The notes under the pieces were generated by a model. It was not told where the DNA came from. It made no database searches and was given only the letters and a program-made list of their open reading frames with translations. From NCBI GenBank assembly GCA_950097015.1, contig CATNEN010000005.1:2852001-2916000 (forward strand): a stretch of 64,000 nucleotides of DNA, in the 5' to 3' direction. Each line of letters opens with the position of its first letter. Position 1 is the stretch's first letter. The position numbers and the translations under genes were made by a program. Shown piece after piece: positions 8,998 through 21,984 of the stretch. Origin of the DNA: Macrostomum hystrix (lineage: Eukaryota; Animalia; Platyhelminthes).

Positions 8998-11900
8998 TTT
9001 TCATTATGAAATATTTCATTATTTCATTTATTTACGAGCGTATTTACTTCATATATTTTTCTATTGCTAGTTGTTTTATTTTACAATCAGCGAGTAAAAA
9101 CCTATGATTAATTAGAATCACGGTGCTCACGGGATGCCAATGCCAGATACTTGGTTTGTACTGCATTATGCTTATCGAAAGCAATACCTAAATTAAAAGC
9201 AAAAGTTCATATTTTAAGCAAAATTATAAGCAAAAGATCGATATTCACTAAATCACGTTTATCACGAATGCGTTTATTCAGGGTATGCGGAATTTCAAAT
9301 TTGGCACTTGTGCCAATTTATTTAATTTTATTGTACAAATTTTAGTACAAAGAACAAATTAACAATATTGTCAATATATGATGCGCGGTTTTCAGAAGAT
9401 ATTGCAGGCCGAAAAGCAGCCCAATGATTCAGCGTAATTAGTATTGGGTACGAGCAGGTTAACTAGGACAAACTTAATACATACTTTTATATAATCATTG
9501 AATTGGCAGGACGTTGTTGTCACTGCCGCACTGGCACATCATTTGGTGACAGCTGCCGGTTTTTCATTTGCCAGCCATCCAACGCTGCCAGCCAGTGAAA
9601 AGAAAATCTTGCCCATTCCGATTACTCTCGCACACAGATAACGTCCGCACAAAGGTGTACGTCTATCATGACTGTCTTATCGCCTGGCAGTGGCTGAAGT
9701 GTAGGCCCCTACACTTTACTATACCTTGAAGCTTGGAGGTCGGCCCTTCTACTGAGTCAAGGGTAAAAGTGTAAATCGCACTATAAACCCCATCAACCTC
9801 TCTGTGGCTGCGCCCCAATCACTGTTGTCATGCCACAAAATCAAACTCAAAGATTTTGAGCAAGAGCTGAGAGGAGAGGTTAACTCACCCCCTCTGATGA
9901 CTGTGCTCTGTCATCAAAACATTTGCTTCGTTTTATCTTTAAAAATTGGTCATAGCATTTAATTTTGTTATTGGGTCTAGTAGGCCCTATGTGACTTCTT
10001 CATATGGGTGTAGCCTGTGTAGGCTTATTTCTCTAGGAGTCTAGGCTAGGCCCTACTAGGCCTATTATATTAGCTAAGCCAAGGCTAGGCCTAATAATTT
10101 TTTTATTTTTACTTAGTACCTGGGTACATAGGCCAATTACAAGGCACTATGCCCTGTCTATGTTTCTATGATGCTATTATAGTTAAAGTATGGGCCTTAG
10201 CTAGGCCTTTATTCTTTCAGTAAATAAATAAGTAGATGTATTTTTTCTTGCATGTGGTTCTAGGCCTATGATTACAATTGAACATTGAACAGAGAATAGG
10301 CCCAGGCCAGCCTATGGCAATAGCAATATATTTAGAAAAAGATATATTTCTAATTTTAATTTAGCAGTCTAACAAAGTATATAGTGCTACTTGCCTACTT
10401 ACAGTTTAAACATAATATATGTGACATCAAGAAAGATGTATAAAACTAGGGCTAGGCTTAGCTTCTAATAATGATTTATAAACTCTAAATGGTTTCTTGA
10501 AATGTAGGCCTATTATCATCTAAAAGCAATATAGGAAAAAGTTTCCAATCTGTAGAGAGCTTCTGGCAAGCTTTTTGGATTTTTCTATGGCATAGACCTA
10601 GTACAAGTTTTTCTTACTTAACTGTTACTTGAAAAGATGACTTAAGCAGCCAGCAGAAAGAGGCATGGCTAAAGTGCACCTTTTTCAATCCTTATTAATT
10701 CTAAAGCACGCGTCCATAGGTTTTCAACATTTATTCCAATAGGGTCTAAAAGCTATGCCCCAATTTTACTTTAACATTTTTGGAAACCAGGCCTAATGGA
10801 AGATAGGCCCTAGATTTATAGATAGTCCAAAAATTTGATTTTAGTTTTTCTAAATTCAAACTTTTTTGGTAAAATTATAGTTTTAAAAAAATTATTTTTA
10901 TATAAAGTAAAACAAAAACATTAGTAATAAAAAGCTTTGTAATATATAGGCAAACATCTATGATATTAGTATATATATACTTCTAGGCCCTTTATTCTTA
11001 AGGTTTCAAGCATAATTCTTTACTAGAGCTCTTAATAAACAGGTTTAAAATTATAAGCCTTTATCACTAATGGCTTAGTATTAGTGGTAAGACCTTAAAA
11101 TAGACATATTTATGCTCACTAATGTAGAGAATAAAAAGCTAATTAACTAAACCATAGCATAGAGTTTTATAGTAGTTTGTCACAAGAGAGTGAGACATTA
11201 AGGTATATCCTATCCAAAATTATTTTATCATTCTCAAATTCCCAACTAAAACAACACAAAGGTGTAATGCATAGAAAATAAATATTTTTTAATATAATAT
11301 ATTTAAAAGAGCCCACATAAAAGTAAGAAACCACCATTGCTGAAATTTTTAGATAGCAAAATCCATATGCTTTGGACTTTATATAGCAAGTGTCATGAAT
11401 TTGTCTACTTTGTCTTAGATGAGATAAAAAAGTGCTTTTGTATAACACTCTTGGATTACTCAGATTATATGTATACCTTGTCTTAATCTAGTATAAATAA
11501 TTGCATAATTAAATAATATATGGATTGCATAATTGTATAGATCAAAGTTAAGATTTGAAAGAAACAACTATTTGTAACAGGGCTTATGACTCTACTTTTC
11601 TACCTCTTAGTGGCATATTCTTCTGGCCTCTTTTGTTCCTTATTTCTCCCTCTAACTCTTTGTATTCTCCCTTATACTTTATCTTGGTGACCCTGAAAAG
11701 GGCCGTTTTAACTCCACAACTCTTACGTTGTGGGTTTCCCTTAAGATAGTGCTTTTGCACTGGCACAAGCGGTTTATCCTTCTAAGGCACTGGTCTCTTA
11801 TTCTCCTGTGTTAGCTGGGCGTTTCTCCAGGATTAGAGGTTCACAGCCTCAATCTGTCTTATTTCCACTCTGGACACTTATCTCCTTAGTATATTAAATA

Positions 11901-12303
11901 ACACAACAATTTCCTTTTCAAAGATGTTACTCAGATATTGCCTTTTGTTTGGCTCACTAGCAAGGTGTATTTTTAACAGTAAAATTTTGTCCTTTATTTA
12001 TTCTTAAATTTTGTTTTAATAAAGTATTTCCCTAAAATATATAAAATATTTAGAATATATGGCATATAGATTTTTAAGCGCAGAAATAAAATAATATTTT
12101 AAATATACTGTATATACATTTAGATACAAAAAGCTAATACAAATTTGTTTTTTGTAATGCAGTTTTTGCAATTGTAGCATTATATTTATATATATTTCAA
12201 ACGATTTTATAAATTACTTTATTCATTGCAGTAAAGTTGTAGCAAACCCTAAGCACTTGCCAAATACCAGTTTCTAAAATTCTATTGATAATTTAAATCA
12301 ACA

Positions 12304-15046
12304 ATGTCAGCCAACAGCACTGATCTAGATCAGCATGACGTGTGCGATGGTGGACCAGAAGCTAAGAAGGCTAAAATTGTTGCCACAGAACAGCACGAGT
12401 CTAAGATTGGCATAGCTGAGACAGAGTCACCTGTTGCTAATGGCAACGAAAATCACACTGCAAGCAATGGCAATGGAGTTGCAGAGACTGCCACTGCATC
12501 CATTGAGGAATCAAAGAAGAATGCCAATGAAATAGAGAAAGCGGAGGACAATAAGAGCGAGGCAAACAACGATAAAGTGTCAACAGAGGACAAAAAGAAT
12601 GGCGCCAATGCAGTCACAGTAGATACAGACGACATTGTCAGTAATGACAGTCCAAGCGATGCCAGTCCTGGCGAGGTTCTCTGGTGCGGCACCACCAAAT
12701 GGCAATTATTGCACGACAAAAAGGCAAAGCTGCCAAATCTGTATTCACCGCATCGCATGGAAAGCCTAATTGGTGTCAAGGTTAGTCGAGTATTTAGTGG
12801 CACAGCGGCTTGTCACGTTGTTTGCTTAACAGTCGACGGCCAGGCGTTCTCATTCGGTCGCAACAATATGGGCCAGTTGGGTGTCGGCGATCGGGTCACC
12901 TCCGTGCAAGCCAGACCTGTTGAGGCTCTGAAAAATATTCGCCTAGTCTCGGCCGCCTGCGGCAGGTCGCACACTATGTTTTTAACAACTCGCGGCGAGG
13001 TTTTCACCTGTGGCGATAATCGATCCGGCCAATTAGGCATAGGCTCTGTGGCTAATGGCAAAGATATCGGCGTGCCAACGCCAAAGGCTATGGTCTCTTC
13101 CGGCAAACGAATCGCCCAGGTGATTGCCGGCGGCGATTTTTCACTGTTGATTGACAGCTCGGGAATGATGCTTAGCTGCGGACATCCGGAGAACGGACAA
13201 CTGGGACACGGCTCCGACAATCAGTACTTTGAGGTGCGTTTGTTTGAATGTGCTCCAGTTACTGCTTGAGTTTAGATTTGGCGTGACTACAAGGACACTG
13301 GGGGTTATTAACCCAGCTCGGACACATTTACAGCCAGTGGCACAGCCGCAGCTATTTAGCAGCGCTTCCAAGGGCTCTGTACAGATTTTCAGTCCATGGA
13401 CTGTATAGGCCGCCCAACGCACACTGAATTTCTACCAGCTGATACTGAGTAAGATTCGAACTCCCGGTGGGAAGTTCCCATTGACCTGAGTAAGATTCGA
13501 ACCCCCGACTTCTCGGTGAGAATTTCCTATTGACCTGAGTAAGATTCGAACCCCGGACCTCTCGGTGGGACGTTCCGATTAACCTGAGTAAGATTCGAAT
13601 CCCGGACCTCTCGGTGGGACGTTCCGATTAACTTGAGTAAGATTCGAACCCCGGACCTCTCGGTGGGACGTTCCGATTGACCTAAGTAAGATTCGAACTC
13701 CCGACCTCTCGGTGAGAAGTTCGAAACTCGAAAGCTCACTGGTGATTTTTCATTTCGATAATTGGCAGGGCACAAAGCTAGTCCACAAGATGGAATCTCG
13801 CCCAGTCCCAATCTTGGCCTACGTTCGCGAAGAGGACGGTCGCGGCGGCCGACCCGGCGCCAAATCTGTTATCGAAGGCGTGCGCGTTATCTCGGCCAGC
13901 TGCGGCCCCAGTCACTGCGCCTGCGTCGACTCCGAAGGTCGCCTGTGGACCTGGGGCTTCGGCGGCTACGGCCGTCTCGGTCACAATTCCACCCGAAACG
14001 AATTGCGTCCCAGGCTAGTGAATTACTTCAGCAATACCAAGCAGCGAGTTGATCGCGTAAGCTGCGGCGGCGCATACACCATTGCCACCATAGTTCAGGC
14101 TAACTCGGCCGCGCCTCCTGTCACCTACCTGTGGGGACAGCAGAAAAGCTCCGGCGAGGCTAATATGTATCCTAAGGTATGTAGAGTATCACTTTCTGGA
14201 GCTGCTCTCGTTTGCTTTTTTCAATACATATCGGCTAGGTTTCTAACATAAAATTCTGCCTGTAAATACTTAATAATTTCTATACAAATTGGTTGCTTTT
14301 TTTCAACAGTAAAGAGAGACCACAGAAGTGTATTTCAAATACCCACTGCCAAACCGAATGACCAATGTCAATGAAAGTCCACCATATAAATCTCTTTACA
14401 ATGTCCCTTTACAACTTTGTGAGCAGAAAAATTATGACTGTATTGGTGAATTTTGCCACCACACACGCTGACGAGAATCGTTGAATATCCCGACTATGAC
14501 AATGTTTTGGGATTCTGGAAGTCGTTTCATCTGACAAAGCGGAAAATGTATGCCCGTGTTTCAATCTCAATTTTAATATAAATTTAAAGGATTATTTTAT
14601 CAACGCTTGTTATGAATTTTTCGACCCATATCGGGCAGACCGATATTGATTACAAGTGCAATTTGTAAGATCATTTATACTTCCTTTTACTAACTTTCAA
14701 CCAGCTTTTTCGATACATATCGGACTCTCTAATCTCCATCCGCCAGGTACTAATGGACCTCAGCGGCTGGTCCGTTCGCCGCATCTCAGCCGGCAATCGA
14801 AGCTGCGCCGTACTCGCGGACGCCAGCTGCATCACCTGGGGCCCGTCTCCCACGTTTGGCGAACTTGGTCACGGAGATATGGTGAAGTCTTCGGCTAGGC
14901 CGATGGTTTGCAAAGCCCTCGAACGGGTTCGCGTCACCGACGTTGCTATGGGCTACGCCCAGTGCGCCTTCCTGGTGCCGCTCAAACCGGACGGAAGCGA
15001 CGCCGAAGAGAAGCTGGCCAAATATCCCATCTGCAGGGAGAAGTAA
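12304..15046 (+). CDS. RCC2: RCC2/TD-60 (RCC1-repeat beta-propeller), about 545 aa, 3 coding exons
   Basis: Exons 12304-13233, 13769-14176 and 14747-15046, joined by phase-0 GT-AG introns. RCC1 repeats (FGRNNMGQLG, CGHPENGQLGHG) and RCC2-diagnostic WGFGGYGRLGH, MYPK..DLSGW, WGPSPTFGELG, VAMGY. A possible 5' UTR or trans-splice acceptor lies at 12230-12231. Confidence 0.92.
13300..13735 (-). mobile_element. SINE-related copy in RCC2 intron 1 with a tandemly amplified tRNA-like head
   Basis: 13300-13450 resembles the SINE body at 61130-61270 (GCACAGCCGCAGCTA, CAGTCCATGGACTG). 13445-13730 is about six copies of a roughly 48-bp unit containing GGTTCGAATC (B box) on the minus strand. Confidence 0.6.
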
Positions 15047-15120
15047 ATTTGGGATTTCAGGTGACCTCATTTTGAACTCTGACTCAAACCTTGCTTGCTT
15101 GACTCCGTTTCATTTTTCTC

Positions 15121-16100
15121 ATCGCCTATCTCACACCTTCATCTCCTATCTCACACCTTCATCTCTAATCTCACACCTTCATCTCCTATCTCACACCTTC
15201 ATCTCCTATCTCACACCTTCATCTCTAATCTCACACCTTCATCTCCTATCTTACACCTCCATCTCCTATCTCACACCTTCATCTCCTATCTCACACCTTC
15301 ATCTCCTATCTCACATCTTCATCTCCTATCTCACACCTTCTCTATCTCACACCTTTATCTCCTATCTCACACATTCATCGCATATCTGACACCTTTATCT
15401 CTAATCTCACATCTTCATCTCCTATCTGACACCTTCGAATTCTTTCTCACACCTTCTTCTTTCTCACACCTTCTCCTATCTCACACCTTCATCTCCTATC
15501 TCACACCTTCATCTCCTATCTCACACCTTCATCTCCTATCTCACATCTTCATCTCCTATCTCACACCTTCTCTATCTCACACCTTTATCTCCTATCTCAC
15601 ACATTCATCGCATATCTGACACCTTTATCTCTAATCTCACATCTTCATCTCCTATCTGACACCTTCTCCTATCTCAAACCTTCATCTCCTATCTTACACC
15701 CTCTCCTATCTCACACCTTCATCTCCTATCTTACACCTTCATCGCATATATGACACCTTCATCTCTAATCTCACACCTTCATCTCCTATCTGACACCCTC
15801 TCCTATCTCACACCTTCATCTCCTATCTTACACCTTCATCGCATATCTGACACCTTCATCTCTAATCTCACACCTTCATCTCCTATCTGACACCCTCTCC
15901 TATCTCAAACCTTCATCTCCTATCTTACACCCTCTCCTATCTCACACCTTCATCTCCTATCTTACACCTTCATCGCATATCAGACACCTTCATCTCTAAT
16001 CTCACACCTTCATCTCCTATCTGACACCCTCTCCTATCTCACACCTTCATCTCCTATCTTACACCTTTATCTCCTATCTCACACCTTTATCTGCCATCTC
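15121..16100. repeat. 20-bp pyrimidine-rich minisatellite just 3' of RCC2
   Basis: Unit TCACACCTTCATCTCCTATC with variants. Confidence 0.95.
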
Positions 16101-17196
16101 ATCACTGCATCGCATATCTCATTCCTGTATCTCTTTTCTTATCCATTCTTCTCCTAGCCCAAATCTCATACCTTTGTGTTCTATCTGACATTTTGGACAT
16201 ATTTCATCTCATTTCCTCATGCCCTATATCATTCCTTATCATTTCGCTAATCCTAAATCCCATCAGTTTAAATCTAATCGTTAGTTTTTCCCTATAAATT
16301 AAGTCTTGTACGCATCACACACACATATGTATGTGTTCCCCCGTTGCTATTCAGTCTCTCGGTGTCCTTTTTCTCGAGGAAGTAATCTTTTTTCAGAAAT
16401 GTTTTTGTAACTAAAAAATGTTGCTTGCATAATCTAAACAAGTCTTCACTTTTTTTCTTATATATTGCCTGTACTAAAGGCTAATACCTTTCAATTTATT
16501 TTTTGCTTTTGGCTCGTCACTCTCCGGCTAAAAAAGGCTATAATAATCGGAATGGCTGCCTGCTTTATTAGTCTATTTATTTAGCTATTTTCCCGGTTTT
16601 ATGTCACAAAAATCAATCTGCCGATATGTATAGAAAAACGCATACGTTTTTTATCTGTATGACTTAAATGTTTGACTTTAATCAAGTAGTATGGGGTTGT
16701 AATGATGATTAATTCTTTTTTCAAGTGCAGCCCTGATTTTTTTAAAGCATTTAAAATTATTTTTTTCTAGCCCATAAAATCTGCGTTCGCAGTCTTCAGT
16801 ACAATGCAATCGCGTTGTAAATCTATTTTTTTCTAATCTGAAACATTCTGAATTTCTCCCAATTAGCTATGTAAGTAGTATGTATAGTATCCGTTTGTAA
16901 GCGCTTTTGTAACTAAATAATAACGTGTTAGTACTAATCGCCCTTTAAATTATGTATATTTCTATTCTCGTTAATCGTTCAAATGAAGTTATTCTATTTC
17001 TACGTTTGCAACTTATTTTAGGAATCGTCTCGTTAATAATCAAGTCACACTATGAGTGTCTTCTAATGATTAACTGGTGCAGTAATTGCTCCACATTTAT
17101 TGTCCGGTGTAAACTTCGAAGAAAGTCATTTTAAAAACTAAACTACTAAAGTAGTTCATTGTAAATACAAAACTACTTAATTGGGTCATTGCAGCT

Positions 17197-17937
17197 ACAA
17201 AATACTCAAGTGGGTCATTGTACGACCTAAACTACTCAAGTGGGTCATTGTACGACCTAAACTACTCAAGTGGGTCATTGTACGACCTAAACTACTCAAG
17301 TGGGTCATTGTACGACCTAAACTACTCAAGTGGGTCATTATACGTACTAAACTACTCAAGTGGGTCATTGTGCGTACTAAACTACTCAAGTGGATCATTG
17401 TACGACCTAAACTACTTAACTGGGTCATTGTATGTACTAAACTACTCAAGTGGGTCATTGTACGTACTAAACTACTCAAGTGGGTCATTGTACGTACTAA
17501 ACTACTCAAGTGGGTCATTGTACGTACTAAACTACTCAAGTGGGTCATTGTGCGTACTAAACTACTCAAGTGGGTCATTGTGCGTACTAAACTACTCAAG
17601 TGGGTCATTGTACGACCTAAACTACTCAAGTGGGTCATTGTGCGTACTAAACTACTCAAGTGGGTCATTGTGCGTACTAAACTACTCAAGTGGGTCATTG
17701 TACGACCTAAACTACTTAACTGGGTCATTGTACGTACTAAACTACTCAAGTGGGTCATTGTACGTACTAAACTACTCAAGTGGGTCATTGTGCGTACTAA
17801 ACTACTCAAGTGGGTCATTGTACGACCTAAACTACTCAAGTGGGTCATTGTGCGTACTAAACTACTCAAGTGGGTCATTGTACGTTCTGAACTACTCAAG
17901 TGGGTCATTGTAGGTACTAAACTACTCAATTGGTCAC
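17197..17937. repeat. 30-bp tandem repeat
   Basis: Unit AAACTACTCAAGTGGGTCATTGTACG(ACCT/TACT). Confidence 0.96.
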
Positions 17938-18683
17938 TTAAGTGTAACTGTAGAATATTACTTAACAGTTTCATTGTGAATTTTTATTCGTAACTGGTTG
18001 TGAATTATCGCTTAGATTTTTTCCGTCTAATTAATATTTGTTTTAGACTCAACTTTACTGCTTCTTTAAAGTTGTAGTAACTAATAAATTATTATTTATT
18101 ATTATTATAGTTTAAAACAAAGTTTATTTTTGACTCGCTTTGTTATCAACGGAAACATATTTAATTACCATAACACTAAACATGTTTTCAATACTTGTTG
18201 ACTAGATATTATTTGTCAAGCAAGCTATACTACTATTAAAAAAAGGCAAGTTTTCTTTAAAGTAGGATCATGCGAATGTTTTAAAATTCAAATTGCTTAA
18301 CTATATATCAATCGGTAATTTAATTATGCTCCATTGTAATGCATTCAATTTTTATCTTGTCAGTTATTTATATCAAGCTGAATTGATACTAATATTTCAA
18401 GCGCTTAATGCATTTTTTTATTCATCAACTCCATGGCGAAGAATTCTTTGTAAGTAAAAATTCTTTCTTAAATAATAATTAATATGCGAAAGCGAAGCAT
18501 TGCTAGGTACTGGTATTGTGTTTATATAAAAATTCCAGTGTGCTTACTACAATGTGTACATTTGTTTTATTCTATTTACAATTCTACTTCCATCAAGAGT
18601 GAATATGGTGGAATCAAATATGAAATTGATCTAATCAAAACATGTCGATGTTGGAGTTAAGGTTCCAATCCTCTTCGCTTCCG

Positions 18684-19230
18684 TCTCTCCATCCTCTCAC
18701 TCTAGGTCTCTCCCATCCTCTCACCCTAGGTCTCTCCATCCTCTCACCCTAGGTCTCTCCATCCTCTCACCCTAGGTCTCTCCATCCTCTCACCCTAGGT
18801 CTCTCCATCCTCTCACCCTAGGTCTCTCCATCCTCTCACCCTAGGTCTCTCCATCCTCTCACCCTAGGTCTCTCCATCCTCTCACCCTAGGTCTCTCCAT
18901 CCTCTCACCCTAGGTCTCTCCATCCTCTCACCCTAGGTCTCTCCATCCTCTCACCCTAGGTCTCTCCATCCTCTCACCCTAGGTCTCTCCCATCCTCTCA
19001 CCCTAGGTCTCTCCCATCCTCTCACCCTAGGTCTCTCCCATCCTCTCACCCTAGGTCTCTCCCATCCTCTCACCCTAGGTCTCTCCCATCCTCTCACCCT
19101 AGGTCTCTCCCATCCTCTCACCCTAGGTCTCTCCCATCCTCTCACCCTAGGTCTCTCCCATCCTCTCACCCTAGGTCTCTCCCATCCTCTCACCCTAGGT
19201 CTCTCCCATCCTCTCACTCTAGGTCTCTCA
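18684..19230. repeat. 23/24-bp minisatellite
   Basis: Unit CCATCCTCTCACCCTAGGTCTCT(C); the left part is mostly 23-mers and the right part 24-mers. Confidence 0.96.
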
Positions 19231-19291
19231 GTAAGAGGATAATCACTCAGTCCAATCAATATTTCATACCATTTCATACTATACTAATATA

Positions 19292-20494
19292 TTGTGTGCA
19301 TTGTTATGCATAGCTGCTTAGACAAAATCATTACATTGGTCTTCCCGAAACCCTTTTCACTGCCCAGAAACACTCACGTGCGCAATATTTTAGAATTTAA
19401 TGTATCGTTTCAATTTACTTTGATATATTCACCAAGAGAAACTGTTGTCATGTTTACTTCGTAGAAAAAGACATTTTTAGATAACCGATCCGGTACTACA
19501 GACCGAATACAGGCCCTATCAGCCAGTCGTTCAGCATTGTTGGTGGCAGACGTCTGATTCTCACACTGAGGTCATGAGTTCGAATCCACTTTGGTAAAGC
19601 ATTAGAAAGGCAAATTTCTTGCAATGAAAATGTTTAGCAACTTAAGATTCACGCTCACACAAAGACTTAAAGCACAACTTTAATTTAAGCTTGTAAATGG
19701 ATAACCATACTAAACTGGGCTAGATACAGTCTGTTACAGAATGAGTTATAGTTTCGCAATGGATGTCTATCTAAAGCTACAGTACATGCGAGCTGCTCAG
19801 AGAGTCGTGGGTCGAGTCCGGTCAGTTTCCAGGTGCAGTCGGGGTGTCTGGCAGCTGCGCCCATCTACTTGCCGAACGGCAGATTCCGGTAGATTCGGTA
19901 GACCCTTTTGGCGACTCTCCAGACTTTCCTCCACCTGAACTTCTTCTCCAGCGTGAGGGCCTTCGCCTCCGCCATCTCCGGCTCGTCCATGTCCGCCAGC
20001 GCCTCCAGCGCCCGCAGAGTCTCCGCGTCCACCTCCGACGTCTCCTGGCTGGGTCTGGCGGCTGCCAGAGCTGCGCAGAGCAGGAGTCCGAGAGCTAGCT
20101 GCCACTTCATGATTGTGCTGCTGCTGCTGCTGCTGATGCTTGAGTGATTATGCTTGAAGCAGATTGTAGGAGCTCAGAGCTTGGCTTGGAGATCCTCTCA
20201 GGTGCCTGCTATATATGCACTTGAAAGCGACACGTTTTTCCGACTGCTCAAGCGCACTTCGGAAACTGTCTCAAAAGCATCTTTCCTGTTCAATTTGGTA
20301 TTGAAGAGGGCATTTTGAGCACTGAGCTGAAATACAAGTTGCTCAATTGCTTATAAAATGCGGCTTCAAGATCAAATGACATTGCAGTACGAGCTATTCT
20401 TATTATTCAGCACTATGGTGTGGCCAGGTAGATCTTTCCTTATAATTACGTAAGCCAGGAAACAATGGCTGACCCTTCGACCTTCTGGGTGGAC
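19292..20494 (-). repeat. Left arm of a 1.2-kb inverted duplication
   Basis: Near-identical reverse complement of 23163-24365, covering the promoter, CDS and 3' region. Confidence 0.93.
19865..20110 (-). CDS. Secreted cationic peptide precursor, copy 1 (81 aa; candidate antimicrobial peptide)
   Basis: Signal peptide MKWQLALGLLLCAALAAA, acidic pro-region, KK, then FRWRKVWRVAKRVYRIYRNLPF-GK. GC-rich, intronless, with a TATA-like TATATAG at about 20210-20217. Confidence 0.88.
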   Translation of the reverse strand: MKWQLALGLLLCAALAAARPSQETSEVDAETLRALEALADMDEPEMAEAKALTLEKKFRWRKVWRVAKRVYRIYRNLPFGK

Positions 20495-20568
20495 AAAATG
20501 ACTAGAGGCAAAGGCTTAGTATTTGTTCTTAAAGGTATATGAACTATTACTGTCAGCACTCAGCCATA

Positions 20569-21493
20569 GAAGTGATGGAATCGGATATGGAAGTGATGGA
20601 ATCGGGTATAAAAGTGATGGAATCGGATATGGACGTGATGAAATCGGATATGGAAGTGATGGAATCGGATATGGGAGTGATGGAATCGGATATGGAAGTG
20701 ATGGAATCGGATATAGAAGTGATGAAATCGGATATAGAAGTGATGGAATCGGATATGGAAGTGATGGAATCGGATATAAAAGTGATGGAATCGGATATGG
20801 AATTGATGGAATCGGATATAAAAGTGATGGAATCGGATATGGAAGTGATGAAATCGGATATGGAAGTGATGGAATCGGATATGGGAGTGATGGAATCGGA
20901 TATGGAAGTGATGGAATCGGATATGGAAGTGATGGAATCGGATATAGAAGTGATGGAATCGGATATGGAAGTGATGGAATCGGATATGGAAGTGATGAAA
21001 TCGGATATAGAAGTGATGGAATCGGATATGGAAGTGATGGAATCGGATATAAAAGTGATGGAATCGGATATGGAAGTGATGGAATCGGATATAAAAGTGA
21101 TGGAATCGGATATGGAAGTGATGGAATCGGGTATAAAAGTGATGGAATCGGATATGGAAGTGATGGAATCGGATATGGAAGTGATGGAATCGGATATAGA
21201 AGTGATGGAATCGGATATGGGAGTGATGGAATCGGATATGGAAGTGATGGAATCGGATATGGAAGTGATGGAATCGGATATAAAAGTGATGGAATCGGAT
21301 ATGGAAGTGATGGAATCGGATATGGAAGTGATGGAATCGGATATGGAAGTGATGGAATCGGATATAGAAGTGATGGAATCGGATATGGAAGTGATGGAAT
21401 CGGATATGGAAGTGATGGAATCGGGTATAGAAGTGATGGAATCGGATATGGAAGTGATGGAATCGGATATAGAAGTGATGGAATCGGATATAG
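20569..21493. repeat. 21-bp tandem repeat between the two peptide genes
   Basis: Unit GAAGTGATGGAATCGGATATG; several frames are open simply because the unit lacks stop codons. Confidence 0.96.
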
Positions 21494-21984
21494 AAATCAA
21501 AGTAACAATTCAAAAAATTGTGAATGTTATATCTCGAATCCTATGAGCAGAGAAAGTTGCGTTTAGTTGCAGTGGGCAAAGACAAATTTCAGCTTAAAGT
21601 TTTGACAGATGACATGAACTCCTGATCCTCCAAAGCATTCAAACTGCGCAATGCTTTTAATTGACGCACTTGAAAGTCGTAGAAAGTCAGATGGAACTCG
21701 GCCTTGACTGATGCTACCTCTTTCCGGGTTTTGCGTTAGGCAATGCCTAAATAGATTTATTTCTTCACTGGAAAGTGAAAATTTTCTTTTTACGATCTTA
21801 GATTATATGCCTTACTTTTATTTAATTTCTGCTGTAAACTTTCTTTACTTTTGAATTTCCTAAAAACAATCAGTCAAAAAGTCAATTTTTAGAAGTCACA
21901 TCAAATAAAACCATGTTTTCTACTATTTATCCACTCTGTCTTCTTCTCTCCCCAAATATTTTCCTTCTTAGACTCTCATATCCT

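Noticed and set aside
9500-9925. Telomerase RNA or U17/SNORA73 identity for the hairpin cluster
   Set aside because: No CTAACCCTAA-type template, no H box and no U17 m1/m2 motifs found.
13445-13730. CRISPR-like appearance of this and other arrays
   Set aside because: No unique spacers, no cas genes and a eukaryotic context.
20523-21566. Gly/Tyr-rich GSDGIGY ORF resembling an eggshell or structural protein
   Set aside because: Starts at TTG, has no signal peptide, and four frames across the same 21-bp array are open.
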